64,000 bases of DNA, taken from assembly GCA_965226495.1 (NCBI GenBank), contig OZ245365.1, forward strand, positions 960,001 to 1,024,000. Direction: 5' to 3'. Source of the DNA: Candidatus Marinacidobacterales bacterium (GTDB lineage: Bacteria > Acidobacteriota > Vicinamibacteria > Marinacidobacterales > DATDRI01). Under the pieces are notes generated by a model. That model was given only the letters and a program-made list of their open reading frames with translations. It was not told where the DNA came from and searched no databases. Positions 18,747 to 28,153 of this stretch are shown here, piece after piece (position 1 is the stretch's first letter; each line of letters begins with the position of its first letter). A program made the position numbers and the translations under genes.

Positions 18747-21707
18747 ATCGGGCGCACGCTCTCCCACTACAAAGTCCTCGAGGAGCTGAGCCGAGGCGGC
18801 ATGGGCATCGTCTACAAGGCGCTCGACCTGAAGCTCAACCGCGAGGTTGCCCTCAAGGTGCTGCCTCCCGAGCTCGTCTCCGACCCGGAGCGCAAGCGGC
18901 GCTTCGTCCAGGAGGCGAAGGCGGCGGCCGCCCTCAAGCACCCCAACATCGCCCATGTCTACGAGATCGACGAAGTCGAAGGCGAGACCTTCATCGCGAT
19001 GGAGCTCATCGAGGGGGAAAAGCTCGGCGACCTCATGCAGCGGGAACGGCTCCCCGTGGCTCGGTCGCTTCAACTAGCGGTAGAGGTAGCGGAGGGCCTC
19101 TCCCGCGCCCATGACAAAGGCATCGTTCATCGCGACGTGAAACCCGCGAACCTCATGGTCACCGAGGATGGCCACGCCAAGATCATCGACTTCGGCCTCG
19201 CCAAGCTCCTGGAGCCCATTGGAAGTGAAGACAGCGACGTGGAGACGGCGATTCGGGGAAAGACCCAGGCCGAGGTCCGATTGGGCACGGTGGCTTACAT
19301 GTCTCCTGAGCAGGCGCGAACGGGCGAGGTCGATGAGCGCAGTGATGTATTCAGCTTCGGCATCGTCCTCTACGAGATGCTCACCGGTGAGCTTCCTTTC
19401 AAGGCTTTAAGCGCGCCTGAGACCCTGAACGCGATTATTCACGAACCCACTCCTCGGCTGGATGCTTCGCTGGCGGGTGATCTGACTTCCGAGCTTCAGC
19501 GCGTCTTGGACAAGTGCCTAGCGAAGGATCCGGGCGAGCGCTATCAGACGGTGAGGGACCTGGCGGTAGACCTACGAGGGGCGCGCCGCCGGCTCGAGTC
19601 AGCCTCCCTCCTAGCGCTTCCGGTGAGGGGTAGCCGCAAGGCCTGGCTCTTCGTGGGGGCTGCCGCCGCCGCTCTTTTACTGGCCATGACGCTGGTGCTC
19701 TTTCTCCGCCAGCCCATTCAGCAGGAGACTCCCGCCGCCCGCTCCAAGCCCTCGATCGCGGTGCTTTACTTCGAAAACAACACCGGAGACCCTTCGCTCG
19801 ACTGGCTACGCATGGCTCTCACCGACATGCTGGTCACGGATCTCTCCCAGTCGCCGCAGGTCAAGGTTCTGGGCACCGAGACGCTCTACCAGATTCTGAA
19901 AGAAATGCGACGACTGGACGCGCGGGTCACGTCACTGGAAGTGGTTCAAGAGGTCGCCGAGCGCGGCGACGTGGACACCGTGGTTTTGGGGAGCTTCGTC
20001 AAGGCGGGCGATACGATCCGCATTAGTGTCCGACTTCAAGACGCGAGTAGCGGTGAGATCCTGTCGACCGAAAGAGTCGAGGGGGTTGGGGAGTCGAGCA
20101 TCTTCCCGATGGTGGACGATCTGACCCGCCGCATCAGGGCGAACTTCGAGACATCTGCCGTAGCAAAGGACGAGTTGGACCGCGACATAAAGGACCTGGT
20201 CACCTCCTCCGTCGAGGCCTACCGCTACTATGAGGAGGGGCGAAGATACCACCTGCTCGGCAAGGCGAAAGAGGCCGTTCTTCCTTATGAGAAGGCCTTA
20301 GAGGTGGATCCTGGCTTTGCCATGGCCCTCCTGCGGCTCTCCGAAGTCCATAACATCCAAGGCCTCAGGAAGGAAGGCGACGAATACGCGAGGCGAGCGC
20401 TCGAGCAGGCGGATCGGCTCACCGCACGCGAGCGCTATTACATCGAGTGCGTGTACTACCAGCGGAAGGAGGGGACGCGCGGCCGCTCCATCGAGGCCTA
20501 CGAGAAAGTGCTGGAGCTGGACCCAGACGACGGCGCGGCGCGAATCAACTTAACTTTGGCCTATTTCGGTCTCGAGCGCTTTGACGAGGCCATTGTCCAC
20601 TTGGAGGAGCTGACTCGGCGCAGGTATTCCTTCGTGGGCACGCCTTGGCTACTGGCACTTGCCTACTCTGCCCAGCGAGCGCAGTTTGACAGGGGATATG
20701 AGGCACTTCAGGATTACATCGCGCGCAACCCGGATACCTCGCAAGGCCATCTCAACCTCGGTGACCATTTCACCGACTGGGGAAAGCTCGATGAGGCACT
20801 CGCGGCCTTCGAGAAGGCGCAGTCGCTAAGCCCGGGTGACCCATCTCCCCTCGTGGGAATGTGGAGGGTGTTTATCCTACGCGAGGAGTGGGAGCGGGCC
20901 CAGGCGGCGGCTCAGAGCCTGGAAGAGTTGCCTGAGTCAGTCTGGAAGTACAGGGGCTCGCGCTTCCTTGCGGTGACTCGGCTTTACCAGGGTCGATCCC
21001 GAGAGGGGCTCACCTTCCTCGAGAGGGCGCGTGCCTACGCCGAATCAGGAACGAGGAAGGCCCAAGCCGACAATGATGCCGCTCGTGTTCTTCTCGAGAA
21101 AGGCCAGGCGGCTCGAGCCCTCGAACGAGCGCAACAGGCGCAGCGCGAGGGTAAGGGGGACCTCCCCGAGTGGGAGGGCCTCTTCCTCGCTGCTCTCGCT
21201 CAGGCGCGGCTCGGACGCAGGGAAGATGCCGAGACCACCGCAGAGGCACTTCGGCGGACAACAGAATCGCTTCCCACCGAGAAGGAGAAAAGGCGCTACC
21301 ACCACCTTGCCGGCGAACTAGCCCTCGGCCGTGGCGACGCGAGGGTTGCCATCAAGGAGCTCGAACAGGCTCAGTCGATGCTCCCCGCTCGGGGGCCAAT
21401 GCCATTGTTTCTCGTCGCGCCTCAGCCTCAACATGTTCCGGTCTGGTTTTCCCTGGCCACGGCCTATCTAACGGCCGGCGAGGAGGAGAAGGCGGCCGAA
21501 GGGTTCTATCGCATCACCGAAAGCACCACCGAGCATATCTTCTGGCCCATCCCTTACGTGCGCAGCTTCTACTTCCTCGGCAAGATCCACGAGAACCGTG
21601 GCGAGTTGGACAAATCCCGCGAGTACTACCGGCGCTTCGTGGACTTCTGGCAAGATGGCGATATGGACCGGAAGCGAGTCGAGGAAGCCCTGGGTAAACT
21701 CTCTTAG
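18744..21707 (+). CDS. Hanks-type Ser/Thr kinase, TM segment, TolB-N-like domain and TPR repeats (paralog 1)
   Basis: GGMGIVY, VALKVL, HRDVKPAN, DFG, YMSPEQ; TM segment; SIAVLYFEN; TPRs. Confidence 0.93.
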   Translation: MIGRTLSHYKVLEELSRGGMGIVYKALDLKLNREVALKVLPPELVSDPERKRRFVQEAKAAAALKHPNIAHVYEIDEVEGETFIAMELIEGEKLGDLMQRERLPVARSLQLAVEVAEGLSRAHDKGIVHRDVKPANLMVTEDGHAKIIDFGLAKLLEPIGSEDSDVETAIRGKTQAEVRLGTVAYMSPEQARTGEVDERSDVFSFGIVLYEMLTGELPFKALSAPETLNAIIHEPTPRLDASLAGDLTSELQRVLDKCLAKDPGERYQTVRDLAVDLRGARRRLESASLLALPVRGSRKAWLFVGAAAAALLLAMTLVLFLRQPIQQETPAARSKPSIAVLYFENNTGDPSLDWLRMALTDMLVTDLSQSPQVKVLGTETLYQILKEMRRLDARVTSLEVVQEVAERGDVDTVVLGSFVKAGDTIRISVRLQDASSGEILSTERVEGVGESSIFPMVDDLTRRIRANFETSAVAKDELDRDIKDLVTSSVEAYRYYEEGRRYHLLGKAKEAVLPYEKALEVDPGFAMALLRLSEVHNIQGLRKEGDEYARRALEQADRLTARERYYIECVYYQRKEGTRGRSIEAYEKVLELDPDDGAARINLTLAYFGLERFDEAIVHLEELTRRRYSFVGTPWLLALAYSAQRAQFDRGYEALQDYIARNPDTSQGHLNLGDHFTDWGKLDEALAAFEKAQSLSPGDPSPLVGMWRVFILREEWERAQAAAQSLEELPESVWKYRGSRFLAVTRLYQGRSREGLTFLERARAYAESGTRKAQADNDAARVLLEKGQAARALERAQQAQREGKGDLPEWEGLFLAALAQARLGRREDAETTAEALRRTTESLPTEKEKRRYHHLAGELALGRGDARVAIKELEQAQSMLPARGPMPLFLVAPQPQHVPVWFSLATAYLTAGEEEKAAEGFYRITESTTEHIFWPIPYVRSFYFLGKIHENRGELDKSREYYRRFVDFWQDGDMDRKRVEEALGKLS

Positions 21708-21748
21708 GAGAATCGAACTTGGCGCACCGACCGCGGGGACCAACTCAA

Positions 21749-21824
21749 GGGGGTCACCGGTTCCGCTACACCGGGTCGCTCCGCGACCAATACCTCCGGA
21801 CGGCTGCCTTCCTGGCCAAGCACA
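21749..21824 (+). pseudogene. Remnant of the 3' end of an S9 peptidase
   Basis: Encodes GGHRFRYTGSLRDQYLRTAAFLAKH vs EGHGFTHTGSLRDQYNRMVAFLTEH at 12141-12216; 26-nt identical run ACACCGGGTCGCTCCGCGACCAATAC. Confidence 0.85.
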
Positions 21825-22026
21825 TAGAGGTGTTCCCCAGCCTATTCCACAGAACCGCAGCTCATGGCTCCACAGCCGCAGCCTGTGCGATAGAACCGCA
21901 ACTCATGAGCACTTCTTATTCAAAGACAGATCGTAAGCGCATACCCAGCGGCGATTCCGGCGGCGCTTGAAGGGACCGGAAGGGTACCGTAGAATGCCTC
22001 GCAAATGATGGTCTCTTCTTCCGTTA

Positions 22027-22062
22027 CCCCCTCTCCCTTTGGGAGAGGGCCGGGGTGAGGGC
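22027..22062. repeat. REP-like GC-rich hairpin element
   Basis: CCCTCTCCC-TTT-GGGAGAGGG followed by CCGGGGTGAGGG, directly upstream of kinase 2. Confidence 0.6.
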
Positions 22063-22073
22063 CTCCGAGTCCG

Positions 22074-25067
22074 ATGATTGGCCGAACGCTCTCCCATTAC
22101 AAGATCCTCGACGAGCTTAGCCGCGGCGGAATGGGTGTCGTCTACCGTGCGGTAGACGTCAAGCTCGACCGCGAAGTGGCCCTCAAGGTTCTCCCGCCAG
22201 AGCTGGTGGAAGACGAAGAACGAAAGCGTCGTTTCGTGCAAGAAGCGAAAGCGGCCGCGGCTCTCGAGCATCCTCATATCGGCGTGATCTACGAGATCGA
22301 TGAAGCCGAAGGCGTGACCTTCATCGCCATGGAGCTCATTCGTGGCGACAAGCTGGGCGACGTGATCCAAAAGGAAAGGCTTTCCGTTTCGCGCGCACTG
22401 GATCTCGGAATCGAAGTGGCGGAAGGACTCGCCCGGGCGCACGACAAAGGCATCGCCCACCGGGATCTGAAGCCCGGCAACATCATGCTCACCGAGGATG
22501 GCCACGCCAAGATCATCGACTTCGGTTTGGCGAAGCTGGTGGAACCCCTCACCGGTGGGCCGAGCGAGGCGAAGACCGTCACACGGAGGGAGACCGATCC
22601 CGGAAAGATCATGGGGACGGTAACCTATATGTCGCCCGAGCAAGCACGAGGCATCAAGGTGGATCACCGGAGCGACGTCTTCAGCTACGGCATCGTCCTC
22701 TACGAGATGCTAAGCGGGAAGCCTCCTTTTCAAGGTGCCACGGGGATGGACACGCTTCACGCGATCATGAAGGAGCCGGCACCACCCCTCGCCACGCTCG
22801 GCGGTGAAGTTCCGGAAGAAGCGGGCCGCGAGATCCGTCGTGTCCTCGACAAGTGCCTGGCCAAAGAGCCCGGTGAGCGTTACCAGACGATGAAAGACGC
22901 GGTGGTGGATATGCGCACCGCGCGTCGCCGCCTGGAGTCAGGCACGATGTCCGCCGTCTCGGGGGTGCACGCTCCGGTGGTGGAGAGCAAGGAAGGCCGC
23001 CGGCCCTGGACCATCCTAGGGGGCGTTGCGGCGGTCATCTTCTTGGTTGCCGCTATCTTGTTTTTCTGGCGGCCGAGCACCGAGGAGGTACCTTCCGGAA
23101 CGCCGTCGAAACCTTCGCTCGCCGTGCTCTATTTCGAGAACAATACCGGAGACCCTTCGCTCGACTGGCTTCGCACCGCCATCACCAACATGCTGGTCAC
23201 GGATCTCTCCCAGTCGCCGCAGGTCAGGGTTCTGGGCACCGAGACGCTCTACCAGATCCTGAAAGAAATGCGACGACTGGACGATCGGGTCACGTCACTG
23301 GAAGTGGTTCAAGAGGTCGCCGAGCGTGGCGACGTGGACATCGTGGTTCTGGGGAACTTCGTCAAGGCGGGCGATACGATCCGCATTAGTGTCCGACTTC
23401 AAGAGGCGAGTAGCGGTGAGATCCTGACCACCGAAAGAGTCGAGGGGGTTGGGGAGTCGAGCATCTTCCCGATGGTAGACGATCTGACCCGCCGCATCAG
23501 GGCGAACTTCGAGACCTCTGCGGTAGCAAAGGTGGAGTTGGACCGCGACATAAAGGACCTGGTCACATCCTCCGTCGAGGCCTACCGCTACTATGAGGAG
23601 GGGCGAAGATACCACCTGCTCGGCAAGTTTAAAGAGGCGGTTCTTCCTTATGAGAAGGCCCTAGCTGTGGATTCTGGCTTTGCCATGGCTCTCCTGCGGC
23701 TCGCCGAGGTCCATGGCAATCAAGGCCACATGAAGGAAGCCGAAGAATACGTGAGGCGAGCGCTCGAGCAGGCGGATCGGCTCACCGCACGCGAGCGCTA
23801 TTACATCGAGGGCGTGTACTACCAGCGGAAGGAGGGGACGCGCGGCCGCTCCATCGAGGCCTACGAGAAAGTGCTGGAGCTGGACCCAGACAACGCGGCG
23901 CGATTCAACTTGGCTTTCGTCTATTACAGTCTCGAGCGCTTTGACGAGGCCATTGTCCACTTGGAGGAGCTGACTCGGCGCAGGTATTCCTTCGTGGGCA
24001 CGCCTTGGCTACTGGCACGTGCCTACTCTGCCCAGCGAGCGCAGTTTGACAGGGGATATGAGGCACTTCAGGATTACATCGCGCGCAACCCGGATACCTC
24101 GCAAGGCCATTTCAACCTCGGTGACCATTTCACCGACTGGGGAAAGCTCGATGAGGCACTCGCGGCCTTCGAGAAGGCGCAGTCGCTAAGCCCGGGTGAC
24201 CCATCTCCCCTCGTGGGAATGTGGAGGGTGTTTATCCTACGCGAGGAGTGGAAGCGGGCCCAGGCGGCGGCTCAGAGCCTGGAAGAGTTGCCTGAGTCAG
24301 TCTGGAAGTACAGGGGCTCGCACCTCCTGGCGGTGACTCGGCTTTACCAGGGTCGATCCCGAGAGGGGCTCACCTTCCTCGGGAGGGCGCGTGCCTACGC
24401 CGAATCTGGAACGAGGAAGGCCCAAGCCGACACTGATGCCGCTCGTCTTCTTCTCGAGGAAGGCCAGGCGGCCCGAGCCCTCGAACGAGCGCAACAGGCG
24501 CAGCGCGAGGGTAAGGGAAACTACCCCGAGTGGGAGGGCCTCTTCCTCGCTGCTCTCGCTCAGGCGCGGCTCGGACACCGGGAAGATGCCGAGACCACCG
24601 CAGAGGCACTTCGGCGGAACACAGAATCGCTTCCCACCGAGAAGGAGAAAAGGCGCTACCACCATCTTGCCGGCGAACTAGCCCTCGGCCGTGGCGACGC
24701 GAGGGTTGCCATCAAGGAGCTCGAACAGGCTCAGTCGATGCTCCCCGCTCGGGGGCCAATGCCATTGTTTCTCGTCGCGCCTCAGCCTCAACATGTTCCG
24801 GTCTGGTTTTCCCTGGCCACGGCCTATCTCGCGGCCGGCGAGGAGGAGAAGGCGGCCGAGCGGTTCTATCACATCACCGAGAGCACCACCGAGCATATCT
24901 TCTGGCCCATCCCCTACGTGCGCAGCTTCTACTTCCTCGGCAAGATCCACGAGAACCGTGGCGAGTGGGACAAATCCCGCGAGTACTACCGGCGCTTCTC
25001 AGACTTCTGGAAAGACGGCGACATGGACCGGAAGCGAGTCGAGGAAGCCCTGAGTAAACTCTCTTAG
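22074..25067 (+). CDS. Hanks-type Ser/Thr kinase, TM segment, TolB-N-like domain and TPR repeats (paralog 2)
   Basis: HRDLKPGN, DFG, YMSPEQ; C-terminal ~640 aa nearly identical to paralog 1. Confidence 0.93.
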   Translation: MIGRTLSHYKILDELSRGGMGVVYRAVDVKLDREVALKVLPPELVEDEERKRRFVQEAKAAAALEHPHIGVIYEIDEAEGVTFIAMELIRGDKLGDVIQKERLSVSRALDLGIEVAEGLARAHDKGIAHRDLKPGNIMLTEDGHAKIIDFGLAKLVEPLTGGPSEAKTVTRRETDPGKIMGTVTYMSPEQARGIKVDHRSDVFSYGIVLYEMLSGKPPFQGATGMDTLHAIMKEPAPPLATLGGEVPEEAGREIRRVLDKCLAKEPGERYQTMKDAVVDMRTARRRLESGTMSAVSGVHAPVVESKEGRRPWTILGGVAAVIFLVAAILFFWRPSTEEVPSGTPSKPSLAVLYFENNTGDPSLDWLRTAITNMLVTDLSQSPQVRVLGTETLYQILKEMRRLDDRVTSLEVVQEVAERGDVDIVVLGNFVKAGDTIRISVRLQEASSGEILTTERVEGVGESSIFPMVDDLTRRIRANFETSAVAKVELDRDIKDLVTSSVEAYRYYEEGRRYHLLGKFKEAVLPYEKALAVDSGFAMALLRLAEVHGNQGHMKEAEEYVRRALEQADRLTARERYYIEGVYYQRKEGTRGRSIEAYEKVLELDPDNAARFNLAFVYYSLERFDEAIVHLEELTRRRYSFVGTPWLLARAYSAQRAQFDRGYEALQDYIARNPDTSQGHFNLGDHFTDWGKLDEALAAFEKAQSLSPGDPSPLVGMWRVFILREEWKRAQAAAQSLEELPESVWKYRGSHLLAVTRLYQGRSREGLTFLGRARAYAESGTRKAQADTDAARLLLEEGQAARALERAQQAQREGKGNYPEWEGLFLAALAQARLGHREDAETTAEALRRNTESLPTEKEKRRYHHLAGELALGRGDARVAIKELEQAQSMLPARGPMPLFLVAPQPQHVPVWFSLATAYLAAGEEEKAAERFYHITESTTEHIFWPIPYVRSFYFLGKIHENRGEWDKSREYYRRFSDFWKDGDMDRKRVEEALSKLS

Positions 25068-25077
25068 GAGAATTACG

Positions 25078-25638
25078 ATGAAGAAAATCTCGAGTCTGGT
25101 ATGGCTGCTTGTTTTCTGTGTGCTGACCGCAAACGCACATGGGAACTTGATTAAGAACGGTAGCTTTGAGAGTGGAAAGCTGGTGCCCAATAAGAATGGG
25201 GATATGCTGCTGCATGCGGGCGCAACAGATCTGACCGGCTGGATTGTCATCAATGATCTGACCTGGATAGATCTGGATAATCCATGGAAGCTCTCGGCGA
25301 GCGACGGCAACCGGTTCGTTGACTTCACCGAATACAGGGCAAAAGAGCTTGGCGGTGTTTCTCAGTCCATTCCAACGACGGCCGGTGAAGACTACGAGAT
25401 AACGTTCGATCTGGGCAGTTCAACTCAATGGAAAGTGCCAGTCTCCATTACGGTCATTGCGGGTGTTGAATCTGCCATCTTCACCTCGACGAATCTGACA
25501 GATCTTGACGTGTGGGAGAGCTTCTCGTTCAAGTTTACTGCCACCTCATCCAATACCTTGATCATTTTCTTGGGTCTGACGGGCAAAGGCTACACTGGCC
25601 TGGATAACGTCTCCGTGAAAGGAGCGGATACGAAATGA
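25078..25638 (+). CDS. Secreted DUF642-like (galactose-binding-like fold) protein
   Basis: Signal peptide, NLIKNGSFESG, GGVSQSIPT, LDNVSV; lower GC than neighbours. Confidence 0.7.
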   Translation: MKKISSLVWLLVFCVLTANAHGNLIKNGSFESGKLVPNKNGDMLLHAGATDLTGWIVINDLTWIDLDNPWKLSASDGNRFVDFTEYRAKELGGVSQSIPTTAGEDYEITFDLGSSTQWKVPVSITVIAGVESAIFTSTNLTDLDVWESFSFKFTATSSNTLIIFLGLTGKGYTGLDNVSVKGADTK

Positions 25639-28085
25639 TGCGAGCCGTGAAGTGCCGTGTCGCGTGTTGCCTGATGTTCGCCCTCGCCGGATCGGTGACG
25701 TCCTCGTACGCGCAGTGGACGAATCGCTATCCGAAGCTTGCGGGTTACAGAAGCCATCTCTACATGGCAGGTTACGAGCTACCCGTGATGGGCGCCGGAC
25801 CGAGCGATCCGGCGCCGTCGCCGGACACTAGGAGCCTGGCGATTTCAGCGCGGGGATGGATCTGGCTCCTCGACCTGTCGTCGCGGGAGGCCCGCCGCGT
25901 GACAAAGGGCCAGGGCATGGACTCGAGACCGGCCTGGTCGCCAGACGGGGAGCACCTGGCGTTCGTCAGGGACGACGGAAGTGACACTTCCATCGTTGGG
26001 TTGGATTTGCGCAACGGCACAGAGACAGTCCTCGTCGACACGGCTGGGCTCGACCTCGATCCCACATTCTCTCGGGATGGGCGCTCTCTGTTGTACAGCT
26101 CCGCCGAAGCAGGTGATCTCGATCTGTGGCGCCTCGAGCTGGCGACGGGCGCGAAGACCCGTTTGACGACCGAGAAGGGGCTGGAGCTCAAGCCGTCGCC
26201 GCTTCCGGACGATCTCCGGCTCGTCTACTTGAGAAAGAAACGCGGCGCTCAGGACGCGGTCTGTCTTCTGGACACGCGGGATGGCAGCACGCGGGTTCTG
26301 GAGGAGGCGGGCATCGCGTCCCAGACCCGGCCCGCCTTGAGCCCGGATGGACGGAGTCTCGTCGTGAACTTGCCCGGTGCCGGTAGCTGGAATCTTTGGC
26401 TGAGAGACCTAGAGGGTGGGTCGAAGATCCACTTGGCGCCGGAGACCCATCTGGCGTTGACGCCCGCTTGGAGCGCCGACGGGGCCGATATCTATTTCGT
26501 CGAGGCCGACGAGCGCCAGCGCTTCCATGTGTACGAGATCGCCGCGTCGGGCGGAGAGGTCCGCGACGTGTCACCGATCGCGTGGAACTGGGGAGAAGAG
26601 GTAGGCCGCCTTACCATCACGACACGCCTGGCAGGCGAGGCGGGGGCCGTTCCCGCACGCCTGGCGATATTCGATCGAGATGGGCATCCGGTGCTTCCGG
26701 AGCAGGGCCAAGCGCGATTCGATCTCCAGAACGGCATTGTTTACAGCTACTCTTCAGGTGTTACGACCGTCGACGTTCCTCCTGGGGAGGTGCGGGTGAC
26801 CGCGACGCACGGCTTTACTGCACCGCCGGTATCGGTAACCCGCACCGTCGGCGCCGGCGAAACGACAGCGGTGGAGCTAGAACTTACGCGCATGTGGGAT
26901 CCGTCGTCCGCGGGCTGGTACTCGGGCGATCATCACATCCATCTGGATTGGGGTGGAACTTACAAGTTGGTTCCCGAAGATTTCGTGATCCCTCTTCAGG
27001 CGGAGGACGTCGACGTGGCGACGCCGGTGGCGGCGAGCCTGGATGTACGCATCAAGGATCTCGAATGGTGGGGTTGGAGCAGGCTCGACGCGGGTACTCC
27101 CTTGATCGTATTCGGTCAGGAGGTCCGTCCGCATTTTTTCGGACACACCGCGTTCATCGGTATCGCGTCGCGTTTCTGGCCGAACTATTGGGGGCCCAGG
27201 TATCCGGTCTATCGAAACGCGGATATCCTCAAGGCGGACGCGCATGACCATGCCCACAAACAGGGGGGCTTCAGCTACTACGTGCACCCGGTTTCCACCG
27301 CCAATCCGTTCCCGAAAGATGCCAGCCCTACTGGAATACCTATGGAACTCGTGCCCGATGCCGTCCTCGGCGATCTCGACGGGCTCGAGATCGTGTGCCT
27401 GTGGAGCGACTCACTCGGCACGAGCGCAGCATGGCACCGCCTGCTGAACCTAGGGTTGAACATCGTGCCCACCGGAGGGAGCGACGCTCTCCTCGATTGG
27501 TACCGCAGCATGAGCGTGGGCTCGGCCCGGGTCTATGCACGGGTCGACGGGCCTTTGAACCTCGGTAGCTACATGGCGGCGCTCAGGGCCGGCAGAACGT
27601 TCGTTACCAACGGTCCGCTGATGCAGTTCGTTGTGGATGGGCAGGAGGCGGGAGGCGTCGTGCAACCGAGTAGCGAGGTGGATTGGGCGCTAAAGATGTG
27701 GTCTCCGGCGCCGGTCGAGAAGATTGAGGTTCTGGTGAATGGCGATGTCGTCTGGGAGGGATCCGGCTTTACGGCCGCTGGCGAGAAGAGTTTCGGCGGC
27801 CGAGTGAAAACGCCCGCCGGCGGATGGATCGCGGCGCGCGCCTACGGAGGACCGACCGCCTGGCCGATCATGGACGGGATGCCATATGCGCACAGCGCGC
27901 CGATCTGGTTCGGCAACGTCGGCAGCCGTGATGCCGATGCCGCCCGCCGTGCAGCGAGCGACCTGCTGCGGTGGATGGACGTTGCCGACGCCCGGCTGGC
28001 CGAAAATTATGGCGACACGCCAATCCCCAGAATCAGGGAGAGATTCGCGGCCACGCGGGAGAGGCTCGAAGAGCTCGCTCGATGA
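25635..28085 (+). CDS. PD40/TolB-like propeller fused to a CehA/McbA-type PHP metallohydrolase
   Basis: PAWSPDG repeats; WYSGDHHIH, GQE, HP, GGSD, GRTFVTNGP. Confidence 0.8.
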   Translation: MMRAVKCRVACCLMFALAGSVTSSYAQWTNRYPKLAGYRSHLYMAGYELPVMGAGPSDPAPSPDTRSLAISARGWIWLLDLSSREARRVTKGQGMDSRPAWSPDGEHLAFVRDDGSDTSIVGLDLRNGTETVLVDTAGLDLDPTFSRDGRSLLYSSAEAGDLDLWRLELATGAKTRLTTEKGLELKPSPLPDDLRLVYLRKKRGAQDAVCLLDTRDGSTRVLEEAGIASQTRPALSPDGRSLVVNLPGAGSWNLWLRDLEGGSKIHLAPETHLALTPAWSADGADIYFVEADERQRFHVYEIAASGGEVRDVSPIAWNWGEEVGRLTITTRLAGEAGAVPARLAIFDRDGHPVLPEQGQARFDLQNGIVYSYSSGVTTVDVPPGEVRVTATHGFTAPPVSVTRTVGAGETTAVELELTRMWDPSSAGWYSGDHHIHLDWGGTYKLVPEDFVIPLQAEDVDVATPVAASLDVRIKDLEWWGWSRLDAGTPLIVFGQEVRPHFFGHTAFIGIASRFWPNYWGPRYPVYRNADILKADAHDHAHKQGGFSYYVHPVSTANPFPKDASPTGIPMELVPDAVLGDLDGLEIVCLWSDSLGTSAAWHRLLNLGLNIVPTGGSDALLDWYRSMSVGSARVYARVDGPLNLGSYMAALRAGRTFVTNGPLMQFVVDGQEAGGVVQPSSEVDWALKMWSPAPVEKIEVLVNGDVVWEGSGFTAAGEKSFGGRVKTPAGGWIAARAYGGPTAWPIMDGMPYAHSAPIWFGNVGSRDADAARRAASDLLRWMDVADARLAENYGDTPIPRIRERFAATRERLEELAR

Positions 28086-28153
28086 GGCAGGTCGAGAGCG
28101 TTTGACACGCTTCCATTGAGACTGCTAGATCCACCAAACCGGAGGAACCGAAC

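Noticed and set aside
18744-25067. Diversity-generating retroelement (TR/VR) explanation for the kinase repeats
   Set aside because: Differences are not adenine-specific, both copies are full genes, and no reverse transcriptase is present in the window.
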